A DNA stretch of 62,946 bases, the filler included, from Intoshia linei (lineage: Eukaryota; Animalia; Orthonectida), in NCBI GenBank assembly GCA_001642005.1. It is 5 parts of 5 records of this genome, joined end to end, with 100 filler letters (N's around TTAATTAATTAA, not from the genome) between each part and the next. Parts side by side here need not be neighbours in the genome. Positions count along the whole stretch, not along the records: positions 25,186 to 48,865 come from LWCA01000574.1; positions 48,966 to 56,527 come from LWCA01001539.1; 3 more parts are not named here. One strand, written 5' to 3'. Below the pieces are notes generated by a model. That model saw nothing but the letters and a program-made list of their open reading frames with translations, was not told the origin of the DNA and searched no databases. How positions within the stretch are numbered: position 1 is the first letter of the stretch; every line of letters begins with the position of its first letter. This document shows, in pieces, positions 37,064-50,924 of this stretch. A program made the translations under genes and the position numbers.

Positions 37064-37721
37064 GTAATTTTTTCTAATTATGTCGAAAATTAAGAGTAAT
37101 TTCACAACTTTTTCATATTTTTTTAAATTTCAACTCAAATGCCACGAGTATGATGAATCATCAATGATACAGTATTATAGATTAAACATAACTTTGTTAA
37201 AATTTTATTTTTGATGTGGTAGATTCTACTTGGGTTACAGTAAATTTTCACCTTTACCATGTGAATGATTCATTTTTATGATCCCTAAACAGAAGAAATA
37301 AATTTAAAAATACATAAGTAGAGATGAAACTATATATCAGTTTGCACTCGAAATGACAAATGTAGATTATAGTTCTTTTTAAATTTTTTTGAATATCTCA
37401 ATTGATTTAGTATAAATATACATTGTAGATGACATTACACAGACCTCTCAATACCGTCATTTTGGTTTTTCGATATTTATGGCGGTATTGAAGGTTTGTA
37501 GTTATTGAGAGTATCATGTTGTAGCGCATAGAACATGGATATAGTTACTATGTATTAATAATCACTCAAATAGTAAAATAATGATAAAATGAAGTTCATT
37601 TACCCAAAAAAGGCATTTTTTAATGTATTCGTTTGTAAATTAGATTCATAGTTTTGATAAAAACAATTTATATTAAAATATTTATTATTCTAAATCAAGT
37701 TTTTATCATTTTAATCAAATA

Positions 37722-38830
37722 CAGTATTCTCTCTATATTTTTAGATGTATCATTATGATACAACATACAACTATACAACTTGTATGGTTCCAACAGTTAC
37801 AAATTTGGCTTCCTTAAAATTTCATCAACCTAATGTCCTTGTTGTATAATTTCTGTGAAATTTTATATACGAATTACAGTTTTGTTAAAAATGTTACTTT
37901 TCAAAGATATCTACATGATGCTAACCTATACTTCTGTCCACCTTGATGTACACATTTATTGAGGGTTCTTTTTATTGTACAGATAGAATATGGAAGACAT
38001 GAAACATTAAAATTTGATTAAAATCAAAATAATTATTATTTTTTCATTGAGCTGAATTTCATTAAGTGATTTATGTTAATTATATTACGTTTATATTATT
38101 TTGATACAAAAAAAAAAATTAACAATTACTGATGAAATTTTGAATATAAAATAGAGAACAAAAAAATATTTTTTTGTCATTAATTAGACCCATTTTAATT
38201 TTTTTTGCGGGCAAGTAAGATTGTTGTCAATAGAAATGACAATTTAAATAAATAATATAAACATAATGGCAAGGTTACACACAATGTTATAAATCTTATT
38301 TATGAAAACTATTTTCTTTGAGCAGGCCGATGTTTTTTCAAAATTTAGGCTTAACGAATGGTACCATGGTTCTTAGAATTTTTTTCTCATCCTGTATAAC
38401 CCTGTATTTTTGTTCTTAGAAAAAAAGTTAACACCCTAGTGTACATCATAAAATACACAGACGTGTGAAGTGAAATTACTGTGTATAGTATAGAATACAT
38501 AGACAGTGAAAGGGTTAAGTACATAAAATAAATATTAGTTTATTTGGTGATAAATGTAAAGTCAAAACTATATATCTATGATGACGAACAAAGATTTTCG
38601 GCTTAAAATTTATTTCAAGTAAACTAAAAGAGATAGTACGTATTTTTCTGGCCAGTTTACATAAAATCGTAACTAATTTTGAAAAATGGTTTTAAAACTT
38701 TTAGTTTTATATTTTAAATAATTGGCGAGTTATAGAATAAAATTTTAACATTTCCATATTACAATAATAATCATTTTGTGAAATACAAAATTGCGAGTTA
38801 TAGAGTTGGCGATTTGTGGAGAGAATGCTG
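37722..38830. mobile_element. Tc1/mariner (pogo-like) non-autonomous element
   Basis: TA|CAGTATTCTCTC ... GAGAGAATGCTG|TA, i.e. TIRs with TA duplication. A solo end lies at ~45807-45819. Confidence 0.7.
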
Positions 38831-39281
38831 TATTTTAAAATTGTGGCGGTTTTGATAGATCTGCCCGTATTTTTTTATTTTCTATTTTATTTGTTAATGA
38901 ATTATATATGTAGACTATAAATATGGTTAAATTTATCATTTGCAGTATTTAAACAGTGTTAAAATTATGGTTGTTATATACTTCATATGCAGTAGTTGGA
39001 AAATGTAAAAATTCTAACAATTAATAATAATATATAATAAAATGTTACCATACGCATAATGTTAATACTTAGGAAAATTTGCATAAATTTATATTTGCAT
39101 ATACAGAAAGCATATCACATGCACTTATAATAATTTACATAGTTGTTTGTATTTTAAAATTGTATTTAAAGCATCAAAAAACGTGGGAGAATGTTAAAGA
39201 AATGGCAGTTGTATATAAAAATTCTCTAGTTACGGTAATTGTTTAAAAGAAACTTTTTATTTCACACACTTTTTTCTATAC

Positions 39282-39522
39282 CAGGGGTGTCAATTATGTG
39301 GTCCGCGTTATAATCAAAAATTTTTACCCTTATTTTTTTGCTTATCTTTGATTACAATTTTAGCATTCTTTATGCAAATATTCCATTATTGTTTCTTATT
39401 CATTTTATTAATTAAAACTGTTAATTTAATAATGATTTGAGTAAAGATATTTTTTTCTGTGGCCCGTGTAATAATTTTTTTGTCAGATTTGGCCCGCCAA
39501 TCAGATTGAGTCTAACACCCTG
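39282..39522. mobile_element. hAT MITE (241 bp)
   Basis: Ends CAGGGGTGTCAA / TAACACCCTG, TSD TTCTATAC / TTCTATAA. An inverted left end of the same family lies at ~48680-48717. Confidence 0.85.
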
Positions 39523-41931
39523 TTCTATAAAGAGTTAATTACTTGGTATATAAAACATTATTATAATAATATTAATTACAGTATTTATATCAGCATTGCC
39601 AATTTTCTTATTTACATCACAAATTTAATATAATGTTAAGCTAAAAAACTTTTCAAAATGGGCAAAATAACACATAATAACTAGAAATATTATTTTTTTA
39701 AATTTATAGCCTTGATTAGGCGGACAAATGGTTATCGAAAATATAATAAGATAAGTATTTAGGTTTTTTAGGAATTTATTTAGTTAATGGAATGCAGTTT
39801 ATTTGACACTACATTGTAATTAATAGAAAATTTTACAAAATATTATAAAACTAACACGATATTGAAAAAGTGCCCACTCCGAGGTTCGCCCCAAACCGGG
39901 GTCTGATTTTATATATAATAATATTATAATATTAATAGTAAATATTATGTATACAGTATAATAATATTTAGTGTGATGATAATGCTCAATCAATACCTAT
40001 TGTGGATGAAATTTTGCAAAATTATTTTTTTCTTATTGAGAAAAGTAATCATATTCATAAATAACAAGTATAATGTACATTGTACATCAGCCGTTTCGAA
40101 CTTGCTGCCCATTTAAAATGTATAGTGCTACCCGCCGCGCCTTTGTATATCTATATATCGAATATTATTAAATATTCCAAAATGAATTGTTTATTATCAT
40201 TATCAGACTTAAATTGCGAGAAGATCACATTTACTAATATCAATGATACGATTAAAATTATGCTTATTAATTAATGATAATTAATAATTAATTCTAAATT
40301 TTTAAAAATACGTGCAAACCATATCAAATTAAAATTCTAGTTTTATCATTTGAACATTTTAAAAAATAAAAACTTGCTTAACGAGGTAAAAACAAGGTTT
40401 TTAAACCTTAAAAAAATATACGATTAAAATCATTCTTATTAATTAATGATAATTAATAATTAGTTCTAAATTTTATAAAAACGTTGAGTAATTTATAACA
40501 TTATAGTGGTTAATTTAACTATTAATCTCAATTTAATTTACCCGATTTCTAATTTGTTATACGTACTTTAATATGGAATTTTTTGTAAACAAGTTAAGGA
40601 CATGACTTAACATAAATTACACACTATTAGCTAAAAACATTTAATTATTAAAACCATATATGTAAATATTTCAATCCACTCCAAATTTTCAAACGCACTC
40701 CAGTTTAAGAACCACTACTTTATAGCATTTATAATAAATAAAAGCGTATTAATATTCTTGCAATTTCCTATTAAATGTGTAGATAAAGATTATTTAAGAC
40801 TAACCTTTTTAATATTTTCTATACAGGGTCCTAATTTTTAAAAACACTTCAAATTATACATATGTATTAGCTGAAGCTAAAACGCACTTTGGCGTTATTA
40901 CCCGTGTTGAGAATCAATTATATATTTATATTATATAATTTACTACATAATTAAATATATTTTAGAAAGTTTGGTAATTAAAACCACCAAAATATATCTT
41001 AGATACGATATAAAAAGACAATTATTAGGATTACAAAAATTCGTAATTTTTTTCATTTTAATTGTAAATATTACATATAATATTTAATAACAATAATATG
41101 GTAAATATGTAATAAACATCTAATAATAAAAAAAATTTAATTTTGTGATGAATGTTCATTTGATATGCATGCGATCTTGTATGACTGATATTAAACTTTG
41201 GGTATTAGAGAATCGCTAATAAAGTCATTAATGATAAATATCATTTTTATCAATATATATTTTTGAGTAGTAACTGGTTCATGGTTTGTCAACCGGCTTC
41301 TCAACTGCTAGGAGGGTAGGAAATTTTTTAGGTAGGTTCGCTAGAAGTTTAAATTATTTATATATTTAGAATTTACCTAATATATGTACAATATTGTAAT
41401 ATAGTGGTTGTTGATGTAAATCACAACTTATTTTAAATCAATTTTTAATTTATATCAACTGGAATAAGCTCTATTAGAATAATATTTTTTTTAATTTTCG
41501 GATAATTGATTATTTCATATTTTTTGTTTAAATAAAATATTTCGGAAAAAAAGATATGAATACTAAAATGCTTTATGTAATATAATTTATTTAATATTAT
41601 TAATATTCAAAATTTAATACTAATACATTTAAATAGAATAAATCTATGCAAACTTACAATATTAAGAGTGCAACATTTTTTGATGATAAATGGGGTCGAC
41701 GGTACATAATAAACCTGGAAATGGAAGAGTAATTAATACAATTATGAGAAAATGAAATGAAAATAATTATTTAATTTTAGTAATTCTATACAACAAAGTA
41801 AAAATATGGTTAATGCGAGCGGTACAATAATTGTCATACAAGCATTAAATGAACGAATTTTCAATTTTTGGAAAAAAGTTCTCAATAAAAATTTTGACAT
41901 TAATTCTGCGGTAATTATTAAATATTTAGAA

Positions 41932-42720
41932 CAATGGTTGTCAACCTTTTTCAGTATATGGATTCTTTAGCTTTTTATATTATTCGTGGACCCTCTATTA
42001 AAAAAATCTTAGTCGTACGCTACCTTATAAGTCCATACTTGTATTGTTTTATAAAATTTTTGACCATAGTTTTTTCGATTGAAAATAGTTTTTATACAAC
42101 TGTTTGAAAGTACACTTCTTGTTAACCCTTCAGCTACAATTTTGACAATATACTAAAACGAGTGCAAATTTGAATCAAAAAAGGTGTAGACCAGTGTTTT
42201 TCAACCTTTTTGTGTTCACGACACTATTATAAACATAAAAAATTTTCGCGACCCAAAAATTTTCTATATACTCCAAACATTTTATCAATTCACATAAATA
42301 AAAATATTAAAAAAGCATATTCAGTTTTATTTATATTTTATACTGTGTTCAAATTCTTACGACCCCCATGATAAATTTCGCGACCCCCCGGTTGAAAACC
42401 ACTGGTGTAGACTGTAAACATCATTAACGTTTCAATTGATAATTGCATGTTAAAATAAAATATAAATGAACATAACGATCACTAATGTAAAAAAACGAAA
42501 ACGTTAATAAAATAATAATAACGGTTATACATAAATGTACAACAAATGACTATTTTCTCAAATTGATTCACGATATTATTTTTCTTATAAATTACATATA
42601 TGTAATACATATACATTTATAATAATTAATTTATAATAATTTTAATTCATAAAATAAAATATGAAACAATAAAAATAGAATAAGTGTAAAAATAATGTTA
42701 AAATTGTAATAATGAATANA
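41932..42720 (+). mobile_element. Composite hAT element: outer MITE carrying a nested 213-bp MITE (42192-42404)
   Basis: Inner TIRs CAGTGTTTTTCAACC / GGTTGAAAACCACTG with a perfect TSD GTGTAGAC. The outer element starts CAATGGTTGTCAACC. Confidence 0.88.
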
Positions 42721-43378
42721 AGCAATGGTGAATATTTTATAATATAACTTTATTTTTAATGTAATCAAATAAACTTTTTAATTTTGTTAAAAAAACGACA
42801 TTACTGATGAACGACCTAATACTTTATTTTTAATATTATAACTCACCATAGGCTAAGTTCTGTTTGTACGTAGTGCATAACAGTCATTTTAGTTATTACA
42901 TAGAAAGCTTACAAACCGCTAGTAGAAATCACCGAAATGGTATTTGGTCTGACTTCTTAAAAAAATTGTCCAATTTAATAAATGACAGGATTTCTAGATT
43001 GACCAACGCATTTTTTTGCATCGACATTAAATTAATAGTTAGTAAATAATTTAGTTTTTATGAAAGTCGAGTTATTTTTGAAACATGAATATTGTTCTAA
43101 AAAATAATTAATTTTGTCAAATCTTTTGTTTAATTATATTTTTAATTAATATTATGGACTAAAAGAAAATTATATTTTTTAGTCTGAAATATTGAGTCGA
43201 CGACTGCATAATATGCAGTGCATATATGTAGTAAATGAAAATTTTAGCGTCTTTCAATCGTACGTCAGAAACTATATTCGATTCAGACATTAAAAATAAA
43301 AACCCTACGGTTCACCAACAATTATGCATATTACATTTATAAATATTTAATAATGATAGATACAAAATAGGTATAAAA

Positions 43379-46185
43379 CTACATCAAATGTGAATATCGA
43401 TTAGCTTCGTTTCGTAAACGCGAATTAAGTATATCTGAAATACTTTTATTTTTATTGAAACAGCTGAGGTATGTGTCTTCGTCGTTTGATTTCCAATTTG
43501 AATAAAAATTTGAAACTTCTTCAACATTTCTTGTAGATATACATTTTTTTATGCGTAAAAAATTTTTTCCATATTTAAACAAAGCAGTTTCAAACTTGAA
43601 AACCTCCTCTTTCTCCCACATTAAGTCCTCGTCTATAAGTAAATATAAAATTATATTCCCTGTAAATTTACTATCATCAATTATTATTCGCATATTTGAC
43701 GTAATACATAATTTTGCTTTATTCAAAGCATAAAAGAAATCGTATTTACACTTTTTTATAATATTGTAGGCCTAAATTAACACTATATTTTAATAAACTA
43801 AATAAATACGTTCAGTTAAACTCCCTTAATTTGAACACATGGAGTAAAAATTTTTGTGCGTTCAAATTGAAAGAGTTTAACTGTACGCTGTACAAAATAT
43901 TTGTATACAAATTTTATAAATTTACCTCACGACTGTGGAGCGGGACAAAATATCGTTCCATTGTAGCATCTGCAGACATATTTCTGTCGAAAGATATAGC
44001 AGTGTATACAAGGTCTCTATATGTCTCCAAATACTCTCCTAAAATGCCATAAATCTATTAAAACTTATTTTTACTCATATCGTTAGCATCATAACTATAG
44101 ATTGTATCTTCATATACATCTTCTTTTTTTTCAGGAATCACAAATACACCTACTTTTTTAGTCGGTATCAAATAATATCCATTCAATGTTATTGGTATAT
44201 TTGCTTTGCCGTTACTATCAATTCGACAGTTCTAAGAAAATAATATAATTAAATTCCATTTTAAGCCTTTTTATTGGGACTAAAATCCATCCATCTTACC
44301 GTCACTTTAGAGAATCAGTCATTAAAATATGTTAGACAAATTAAAGAATTTTTCGATATCTCCCAAAAAATGTTACGTAGATTTTAGGAACGATAACATG
44401 CGTTACTATATTATTAATATACTTAGTATTAAATTACTATCATTTGTTGCTTTATTTCATTTCCATTTTCGTTGGGTTGCTCGTCGTCAACATTAGGTTC
44501 TTGTATATTTTCATCAGTTTCAGAAGCAGGTGATGTAGTCGTTTCATTTAAATCGTCTTGTCTGGCTTCAGATATACACGATAAATGTACAGATTCATCA
44601 TTTTCACCTTCCTCTCCTTGCTGAACAATCTCATCAGATCTCTTCGTTTTGAAGACGTTAAATGATCCTATTATAAAATGAATAAATGTTTTACAGGTCT
44701 TCAATTCTATCAGAAATCGTAATTATGCAAAGTGGAGGTAATGTTTTTATGTAATTTACAGACAGTAATCACTAATTATAATAATTACTAGGTTGACTGT
44801 AATGTATCACGTACAAACAGCATCTAGCTCTGCCGAGGGCACATTTTTATTATACCAAAAAAATAAATTAACGTTGAAAATCTAAATTAAAAATCCTACT
44901 ATTCACTATTATCAATCCTTTAAAGTAGTGGTTCCCAAACTTGTTTCAGGTGAATCATCATATCACATTACTTTTTACTTTAAAGTGAATTATTCCATCT
45001 TAAATTTTTTTGTTACTTCTTCACTTAGCGTCACTTATTGAGATTGAAATTTTTTGTGTGTGTTAACAGCTACAACAGCAGATACAATTTTACCTGTAAT
45101 TTTTTTAAATTTTAAACCCAGGGGTTCCACGAAATTTAATTCGGGTTCCGTGAAATATAAATGCAATAAAGTTGAATTTAAAGTTTTTATAAATTACTGT
45201 TGTATGTAATGAAACAACATCATTTCTCAAATTTAAATCAAATTAGTTTTAATAAAAGTATTATACGTTGTGAGTATGGGAACCTGAAAAATGACGTTAA
45301 AAAGTAATAATAATTCAGATTATTTTTATTAGAAATATTGTAAAGTAGGTGGGTTTTTACTGGCCAACTCTCTTGAAATAATTTAAATAAGTTACTTACC
45401 TCTTTATAATGATATTTAACTAAAAAGTTATCTCTCACGGGCCTGGATGTTTCTTCGTAGTGTGGGGGACGCAACTGGTTTTACCGGTTAAATTCCAGGT
45501 GTTATTAATTTTTTTAATTAAAAATCAAATTGTGTTATATATGCGACATGCGAAAAAAAATTTTGATCATGCTTTTAGGTACCGCGATTTTGTGAAATTT
45601 CATAAGGGTTCCGCGCAGTAAAAAAGATTGAGAAACACTGCACTAAACAATTTAAAATCTTTATCCAATTTGTGCAATTTTTAGACTTTAATATACATAA
45701 TATCTAGTAATGTAAGAATATATTTAATACACAGTTTAGTAAACAGTGTTTATACATTAAAATATAAAAATGTTACTAATATACGTGTACATATCTGTTA
45801 AGTTAGATAGAGAATACTGTATTTGAAATGACAGATTTGTTTTAAATACATGTACTTACATTAATATTAGTAATTATATACTTGTATCTAATAAATAAAA
45901 TTAAAAATGATATTTTAATAGCAGTAATCATTTTACTTTAACAAAAAGGTGTAAATTAAGAGGGCGTGAAATGTATCAATGCAAATAATATTAAAATTAC
46001 TCATCAAGAGGTCGCTTTTCGATACTCCATTAGGATTTGAACCATTCGCATAATAATAATCTGGAACATTCATCTAAATTAAAAAAATTATAATATTTCA
46101 GAAAAGGATGCAAATTTTTAAATTTTTAAATTTTTTATTCTAATAATAAATCTAAAATGTTGTCAAATATTACCTCGTTTTCCAT
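43379..46185 (-). CDS. MIER-like ELM2-SANT chromatin co-repressor (5' exons approximate)
   Basis: Acidic N-terminal exon (44429-44668), ...YKKCKYDFFYAL, and a SANT domain WEKEEVFKFETALFKYGKNFLRIKKCISTRNVEEVSNFYSNWK. Confidence 0.75.
44788..45110 (-). mobile_element. Internally deleted Helitron fragment in a MIER-like intron
   Basis: Reverse-strand CTAG and hairpin at 44788-44825 plus family-specific internal blocks. Confidence 0.8.
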
Positions 46186-47559
46186 AATTTATGTTAAATA
46201 TGTTTTAATAAAATAAAATTTTCTTTTAAAATTTAAATAGTTTCAGAAATTGATCTATATATTGTAATGATAATCAAGGAATGAAAAATTAAAAGCTAAA
46301 TTTTTCACTAATTCTGCATAATTGCATAGTTTCATTTTATTAGCTAATGATTCAATTATAATAATACTTGGAGGCGTATTTTCAGATTTTTGTGTATTAA
46401 TTGATATTAATGACAAATTTAATAACACTTTGAGCCTAGATTGTGTTTTTCTTGCATAGTGACAAATCTCTGACTATGAATTTTAACTTTCAATATATTT
46501 TCGAAGTGCTAAAATTTACAATTTTATACAGTGATTCTTAAATTTAAAATTTATAGACCTACATTATATGTATAATACCTGTATTATATTTACAAAATTT
46601 TTTCTCCAAAAACGGGTTTAATTTCACATATATTGCTGTTATTCTTATAGGTAAATATAATTTACTATAAATTAACATAATACAGAAAAACTGCCCAAAA
46701 TGCAAGTAAAACAATATAATTAATATAATGATACGGTGTTAAATACAGTTAAACAATTACAATGTGACATCGGTACACTTTCAACAATTAGTTAATTAGA
46801 TCTAATTAGTTAATGACATGCTCAACAATTTTTGACGTTATCTTTTCTAGGCCTAAGAAATTTAAATTTTAGATCATTAATTATAATTTTTTTGTTTATA
46901 ATTAATTTTGTTAATTATAATTATAAAATAACAAATCATTATCACTTAAATTAATTTGAATAAGGAGTCCTTAATTAGGACCTTAATCCTTAAGGAATAC
47001 GTACCCATTCAATTACACGTTAACACCTTTGGATCAGATAGATTCAGACAATTTTCAATATTACAATTATTGCTCAATTATGTACAAACATAACAGGGTT
47101 GGAAAATGTAGTATTATAATAATTATTATTCCAGTAGTATTCCAGAACTGGTGCAATTGGCTAATGATAAATATGATATACATCATATATGTATATCCTT
47201 CAATTTTACATATGGTCCAAACAATTCAAAAAGTATATCGACCGGAAACTTTCTTAATTACGAGAGAACTGGAATATGCAGTTTCCAGGTAGACCCGAAT
47301 GCATTAGAAGCATTTACCATTCAATTTGCTACCTTCCATATATGTACGTCGATTTTTTAGCATACATTTGTTCCATTATACTGGTTCAAAAGGCATTGTC
47401 TAATTTAATATATCTAATAGAATACTGGTTTAGTGACGTAATATTGTTTCAGGACGATCAAATCCAATATGCCATTGATAAGTATGGCATCGTAGCCATA
47501 ATCATTATAAAAACATTTGGTTTAATATCAAAGTATAACGTAACAACATTGGTTTAAAC

Positions 47560-48605
47560 CAGTGGTTCTCAACCTTTTTCAGTACATGGACCCTTTAGCT
47601 ATTATATATTATTCATGAACCCCTATTATAAAAAAATCTTAGTAGTACGCTACCTTATAAATCGATGCTTGTATTATTTATAAAATTTTTGAATATTTTT
47701 TTTAGATTAAAAATAATTTTTATACAACTGTTTTAAAGTACACTTCTTGTTAATCCTTCAGCTAAAATTTTGACAATATAATCAAACGAGTGCAAATTTG
47801 AATAGAAAAAGGTGTAGACCAGTGGTTTTCAACCTTTTTGTGTTCACGACCCCTTATAAACATAAAAAATTATCGCGACCCAAAAATTTGCTATATACTT
47901 CAAACATCTTATCAATTCACATAAATAAAAATATTAAAAAAGCATATTCAGTTTTATTTATATTTTATACTGTGTTCAAATTCTCACGACCCCCTTGATA
48001 AATTTCGCGACCCCCCGGTTGAAAACCACTGGTGTAGACTGTAAACATCATTAACGTTTCAATTGATAATTGCATGTTAAAATAAAATATAAATGAACAT
48101 AACGATCACTAATGTAAAAAAACGAAAACGTTAATAAAATAATAATAACGGTTATACATAAATGTACAACAAATGACTATTTTCTCAAATTGATTCACGA
48201 TATTATTTTTCTTATAAATTACATATATGTAATACATATACATTTATAATAATTAATTTATAATAATTTTAATTCATAAAATANCGGTTGAAAACCACTG
48301 GTGTAGACTGTAAACATCATTAACGTTTCAATTGATGATTGCATGTTAAAATAAAATATAAATGAACATTACAATCACTGATGTAAGAAAACGAAAACGT
48401 TAATCAAATAATCATAAGGGCTATACAACAAATGACTATTTTATCAAATTGATTCACGATATTATTTTTCTTATAAATTACATATATGTAATACATATAC
48501 ATTTATAATAATTACTTTATAATAATTTTATTTCATAAAATGAAATATGAAACAAAAAAAATGGAATAAGTGTAAAAATAATGTTAAAATTGTAATAATG
48601 AATAA
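47560..48605 (+). mobile_element. Second copy of the composite hAT element (inner MITE 47820-48031)
   Basis: Near-identical to 41932-42720, with the same GTGTAGAC TSD around the inner element but a different left flank. Confidence 0.88.
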
Positions 48606-48717
48606 ATAAATCATGAAAAATATATAACAAAACTGTAAAATAAGAAATATGTGGAAAAAATTGTTATAAAAAATAAAAATTTATATTATAACGCGGGCCG
48701 CATAATTGACACCCCTG

Positions 48718-48865
48718 GTCTGGGCACTGATGAGTTACTCAGAGGGATTTGACGAGTAAATTCAGTTGGATTTTTATTCATTAAAGTCGAAATAGCTACA
48801 AAAATAGCTAATAAAATTACAGTTTCTCCCAATGTGTGAGGTTTACAAGCTTTTGCTATAATTTT
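48718..48865 (-). pseudogene. hAT Buster/Charlie transposase fragment
   Basis: Translates as IIAKACKPHTLGETVIL...IPLSNSSV, matching the Buster motif IAK..KPHTIGE.LI...IPLSN.TV. Confidence 0.85.
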
Positions 48866-49039
48866 NNNNNNNNNNNNNNNNNNNNNNNNNNNNNNNNNNN
48901 NNNNNNNNNTTAATTAATTAANNNNNNNNNNNNNNNNNNNNNNNNNNNNNNNNNNNNNNNNNNNNTTTTACAAACATTTGGAAAATGATAGTGAATTATG
49001 TAAAAAAATAATTTCCAATAATAAATACCAATAATTTTC

Positions 49040-50345
49040 ACAATCAAAACCCATATTATCATTTTTTTTGAAATAAAAACAGCCCTATAATTTAAAAAAA
49101 ATTACAGATGGTACAGTTGTATTCTGTTAAGACACACAAAAATTTTCAATCTGAATAAGTGACGCCTTCACGGTCAAAAAAATTTTTTTTTATTCCCAAA
49201 CTATTTTATTAATACATTAAATATTAAATAATTAAAGGTCCGAAAATTAAAATAAAGATTATTCTGACAGAGCTTATTCCAGTTGATATAAATACAAAAT
49301 TTCAACGCCAGAAATCTACGCATTCCCGGTGAAAAATAATTCTTAATTTATTATCAACCAATATTTTTCAAATATTTCGATTAAAATAAAAATTGAAAAT
49401 ATAAATATTGATCCTACAATTTTAAAAATAAAGTGCAATTTGTAGTCTACACATTTCCAAGAAAGAAATGTTGTACCCTTATGGATACTATGAAAAGAAC
49501 CTGATTTATTATACATTCATTATCAACTTGTCAAAAACTCATAAAAATATGTAAAAGTGTTAATAATACATCTATACCTTACTAAATAGACTCAATTCAT
49601 TACAAGAAATATGGATGGAAATCTATATAAATCATTCCTTCGGAATTTTTTTGATTGCTACACAATTTTTTAATCTCAATTCTCATTTTCAAAACATTCT
49701 GTTTAAAATTTAAATTAAAACTACAACAACGAATTACTAAAAGTAATACAACTTGTTATTATCATTTTTATATTTATTACAATCCTTTATAATATTGTTA
49801 AAATTCACCTGAAATATGTTTATAAAGTGCTGATTCCGTTAATTATGATACATAATTGGTATTTTTAAGTATTTATTAAATTGGTACTGAATATAAATCA
49901 TCAGTGATGATTGATTTATTATTTATTCATCACATTGAAAATGACAAAATAGGTTTTTATAGTTTTATTTTCTCTGGAATTTATGCTATTTATGACAATT
50001 TTTAGGATTGGACTGTTTTTACTTTACTTTTAATATTATACACACATTTTGTCTAATAAATTAAAAAAATGGGATCACAATTTTTTTTAAAATTTTTTAC
50101 ACAAATGTTAACAAAATATATTTAACGTAGAATAATTCACTTTATATAATAATAATTTAAAAGTAATGTGATGTGATGGATCCACGTGTGACAAGTTTGC
50201 AACTACTCCTTTAAATGAGTGATAATAGTGAATAGTGAATAATAGAAATTTATCTTATTGAAATTATTTTTCTTGTAGAATAAAATGTACCCCCTCGGCA
50301 GAGGTAGGAAACTGTTTGTACCAAGTACATAACAGTCAATCTATT
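49040..50345 (+). mobile_element. Helitron copy (5' end lost at the gap)
   Basis: Collinear with the reverse complement of 27370-28750, with a 3' hairpin at ~50311-50336. Confidence 0.85.
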
Positions 50346-50924
50346 AATAGTATAATAATATAGAGTGGGGTGTTGATGAATTATTTGGTTGTAAGGGGAG
50401 ATTTTGATCGCAAATTTGGGATCCACTGAGATAAACAGTGACACAGTCATAAATATATAATTTTCATTAATATTAAACAGCCAATTTGGAAATATCTCAT
50501 AATCAGTTAAATCAAAAATAATTTTGGTTAATTAATAATTATAATTTTACTCAACAATTATTGAGTAAATTTTTGTAAATAAATATTATATTACGTAGTC
50601 GAAATTTTTTTTAAGGCGGCGTTGAAAAAATATATTGCCAAAAATAGGGGGGGGGGGGGGGGGGGNNNNNNNNNNNNNNNNNNNNNNNNNNNNNNNNNNN
50701 NNNNNNNNNNNNNNNGGGGGGGGGGGGGGGAGGCGGTATACCAAATGATTGTGGGAACCCCTGCTCTCAAGAATCGATGTCAAAAGTTTTACATTTGTTA
50801 ATATGGTTTATCAAGGATATTTATAACAAAAATAATGGCTCTTAAATAATTTTCAGGAAAAAACCAATAACGACAAAATTGATAGTGCCCATCAATAATT
50901 TTCAAATGCCGAGGTTGAGAAACT

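Noticed and set aside
37430-38000. RHFGFS and EGSFY peptides as remnants of the GRAF PH domain
   Set aside because: The matches are too short and in the wrong order, and one lies inside the Tc1/mariner element.
38578-38655. ~80-bp sequence repeated at ~58014-58090
   Set aside because: It is an ordinary dispersed TE fragment with no termini or structure suggesting a function.
40245-40480. ~65-bp AT-rich direct repeat (a similar ~57-bp duplication lies at 28330-28440)
   Set aside because: These are local slippage duplications in non-coding DNA.
48016-48545. ~265-bp tandem duplication of the MITE right end and its flank
   Set aside because: The junction is a single N (48284), so it is likely an unmerged contig overlap or allelic/paralogous join.
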